Shown here: one piece after another, positions 60,659-64,000 of the stretch
How the letters are laid out: the number at the start of each line of letters is the position of its first letter
Position numbering within the stretch: position 1 is the stretch's first letter
Origin: Eledone cirrhosa
Lineage: Eukaryota
Assembly (NCBI GenBank): GCA_964016885.1
Contig: OZ024750.1
Location: 40,734,001-40,798,000 of the forward strand
DNA: 64,000 nt
Direction of reading: 5' to 3'
Position numbers and translations under genes: made by a program
The notes under the pieces: generated by a model
The model's input: the letters and a program-made list of their open reading frames with translations, nothing else
Database searches by the model: none
Told to the model about the DNA's origin: nothing

Positions 60659-62272
60659 TGATAGTAGACGTCTTACACATCGGCTCTTCGATTTTGAATC
60701 TTTACTTGGTTATTTGTGAGTGTATTATTTAAATTGTTTTACTATTGTTGACTCTAACCCCTCGTCTGGGACTGTAGACGTAGGCTAAGCTGAACCGGGA
60801 CAAGTCAGTCGCTTTGCAACTCGGCGAGTGGAGGGGCATAATGATGTCGTCCGACGGTATCGTCGGACGGTGGACAGAGGGCCCGGTGAAGTTGCTTAGG
60901 GTCTGGTTCAGACCGGACCTCCAGGTGGAGAAAAACTGTGGTGAGGTGACGAATAGGGTGTTTGCACTGACCCAGAAGTGGGCCGAGTGCAAACTATCCC
61001 TGAAAGGTCGGGCGGAGGTGGCGAACGCTTACATAGCGTCCGTCATCTATTACCGCTTGACTGTCGTGCCTTGCCCGAGTGAGATCCTCGCCAAAATGGA
61101 GCGCGCCCTCTTTTATTTCCTTTGGAAGGATCCATCTGCTGTCAACACCCTTTAAAAGGAGGGCTGGGGATGCTGTGGCTAAAAATGCGTAAACATGCAT
61201 TGAGGCTAAGGCACCTCCAGGTATTCCTCACCGGTCAACCGGTGTGGGCCCCGTTTGTGAGGCGAGCCTTCCCGAGGCTCGTCTTGCTCACCGAGCTGCA
61301 GTCCTGGGTGAAGCAAAGACCGAGAAAACTGGGTGACTGGCACACCGAGTGTGCCCAGGCGCTCACGGCTCTCTGGCAGGCGGACCCGGCTATCGATGGA
61401 GACTCCACCTCGTCATTCTATAGAGGGCTGGTGGTTAGCGGGTGCGACGACGCCCTCGGAGAAACCCTAGGCATGGAGGAGGACGAACTGGCCAGTCTAT
61501 TCGGTAGGACTTTCGGCCCGGGACCTATGGACAACTTCCAGAAGTCCTTGGCCTGGCAGTGCTACTGAGGGGCTCTGCTCGTTCGGAATAAGCTCTACAG
61601 ACACGGGCGCCCGGGTAGGGACCCCTCGAAAAAGATCTGTCCCAGATGCGTGCGCGACGAGGAAACCGTCGCGCACACATTGGTGCACTGCCCGGGCGTT
61701 GCCGATCTGTGGGGCTATATCGAACAACTGCTGTCACGGGTGGAACCAATACAGTTGACCACCGAGTCCATTGTAACGATCAAGCCGCCTCCCCCCTTCA
61801 AAAATGAAGGAGAGGCGGTCTTCCTCTGTGTAATAGCCATGGTAAAAGAGGTTATATGGTGGATGCGTCTGAAAGGGCTGAGGTCAGACACCTTTCACTC
61901 CGGCCAACAACCGGTCCTTTTCTTCCGATACCATTTCGGAAGAAGGATCAGGATGGAGAGAGAGGTGCTCCACTCCAGCCAGTTTTATGAAAGGTGGGTG
62001 AAAGTTGCGAGAATGGCCCGTGTGAATGGGCCTTCTCTCTACCTCAGCCTGTAGGTGGAAAAGGAAGGGAGCACCCTCTCTTTGTGCTCCCGTGGAGAAG
62101 GGTCGCACATTTTTTTCGGGGGTGTGTGTGACCCCAAAACGATCCCTCCCTATTGAGGACCTTCTTGTTAAAATTTTACTTATTACATTTTTCTTACTCG
62201 ATTTTTATGTAAACTCCCCCCACCCATGTACATGTCCCTTTCTTTTGTGCCCTAGTGGCAAATAAACAGAAA
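60659..62272 (+). mobile_element. Degenerate, internally deleted sister Tx1-type element (putative 5' UTR, ORF2 C-terminal ~420 codons, 3' UTR)
   Basis: ORF pieces 60814-62054 are colinear with ORF2 (KLNRDKS...YLSL); frameshifting deletion ~61128, TGA at 61566; 3' end cttttgtgccctagtggcaaataaa shared. Confidence 0.92.
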
Positions 62273-64000
62273 TTTGTCTGTCTGTCTGTCCACCTACCTG
62301 TCTGTCTGTCTGTCCACCTACCAGTCTGTCTTTCTGTCTGTCTGTCCACCTACCAGTCTGTCTGTCTGTCCACCTACCAGTCTGTCTGTCTGTCGGTCCA
62401 CCTACCAGTCTGTCTGTCTGTCTGTCCACCTACCTGTCTGTCTGTCTGTCTGTCCACCTACCAGTCTGTCTGTCTGTCTGTCCACCTACCAGTCTGTCTG
62501 TCTGTCCACCTACCAGTCTGTCTGTCCACCTACCAGTCTGTCTGTCTGTCCACCTACCAGTCTGTCTGTCCACCTACCTGTCTGTCTGTCCACCTACCAG
62601 TCTGTCTGTCTGTCTGTCCACCTACCAGTCTGTCTGTCTGTCCACCTACCAGTCTGTCTGTCTGTCTGTCCACCTACCTGTCTGTCTGTCCACCTACCAG
62701 TCTGTCTGTCTGTCTGTCCACCTACCAGTCTGTCTGTCTGTCCACCTACCAGTCTGTCCACCTACCAGTCTGTCTGTCTGTCTGTCCACCTACCAGTCTG
62801 TCTGTCCACCTACCAGTCTGTCCACCTACCAGTCTGTCTGTCTGTCTGTCCACCTACCAGTCTGTCTGTCTGTCTGTCCACCTGCCAGTCTGTCTGTCTG
62901 TCCACCTACCTGTCTGTCTGTCCACCTACCAGTCTGTCTGTCTGTCCACCTACCAGTCTGTCTGTCCACCTACCAGTCTGTCTGTCTGTCCACCTACCTG
63001 TCTGTCTGTCTGTCCACCTACCAGTCTGTCTGTCTGTCTGTCCACCTACCAGTCTGTCTGTCTGTCCACCTACCAGTCTGTCTGTCTGTCCACCTACCAG
63101 TCTGTCTGTCTGTCCACCTACCAGTCTGTCTGTCTGTCCACCTACCAGTCTGTCTGTCTGTCCACCTACCAGTCTGTCTGTCTGTCCACCTACCAGTCTG
63201 TCTGTCTGTCTGTCCACCTACCTACCTGTCTGTCTGTCCACCTACCAGTCTGTCTGTCTGTCCACCTACCAGTCTGTCTGTCTGTCCACCTACCAGTCTG
63301 TCTGTCTGTCCACCTACCAGTCTGTCTGTCTGTCCACCCACCAGTCTGTCTGTCTGTCCACCTACCAGTCTGTCTGTCTGTCCACCTACCTGTCTGTCTG
63401 TCCACCTACCAGTCTGTCTGTCTGTCCACCTACCAGTCTGTCTGTCTGTCCACATACCAGTCTGTCTGTCTGTCCACCTACCAGTCTGTCTGTCTGTCCA
63501 CCTACCAGTCTGTCTGTCCACCTACCAGTCTGTCTGTCTGTCTGTCCACCTACCAGTCTGTCTGTCTGTCCACCTACCAGTCTGTCTGTCCACCTACCAG
63601 TCTGTCTGTCTGTCTGTCCACCTACCAGTCTGTCTGTCTGTCCACCTACCAGTCTGTCTGTCTGTCCACATACCAGTCTGTCTGTCTGTCCACCTACCAG
63701 TCTGTCTGTCTGTCCACCTACCAGTCTGTCTGTCCACCTACCAGTCTGTCTGTCTGTCTGTCCACCTACCAGTCTGTCTGTCTGTCCACCTACCAGTCTG
63801 TCTGTCTGTCCACCCACCAGTCTGTCTGTCTGTCCACCTACCAGTCTGTCTGTCTGTCCACCTACCTGTCTGTCTGTCTGTCCACCTACCAGTCTGTCTG
63901 TCTGTCCACCTACCAGTCTGTCTGTCTGTCCACCTACCAGTCTGTCTGTCTGTCCACCTACCAGTCTGTCTGTCTGTCCACCTACCAGTCTGTCTGTCTG
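62273..64000. repeat. (TCTG)n-ccacctaccag minisatellite, right arm
   Basis: Direct periodicity. Confidence 0.95.

Overview
Repeat-rich, AT-rich eukaryotic genomic DNA; the SINE and microsatellite style suggests a mollusc, probably an octopod (inference only). No convincing host gene is present. Bases 1-19.6 kb hold a head-to-tail array of young, full-length (~5.6 kb) L1/Tx1-type non-LTR retrotransposons on the minus strand: 3 complete copies and 1 partial, each with a CCHC ORF1 and an intact APE+RT+Zn ORF2. Every copy sits at the same nucleotide phase of a 72-bp tandem repeat. That repeat is an internal amplification of a ~225-bp TTAA-flanked, piggyBac-like MITE: simple copies and an expanded but empty copy (50232-50807) occur in the window, and the array ends in the MITE terminus at 19604. 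The locus therefore looks like a site-specific LINE parasitising a MITE-borne satellite, reminiscent of Xenopus Tx1L/Tx1D. A diverged, internally deleted sister element lies in a different (TCTG-based) minisatellite at 60.7-62.3 kb. The rest of the window is SINEs, RTE/CR1 fragments, hAT and TTAA MITEs, TE-derived minisatellites, hammerhead-like motifs and fold-back structures.
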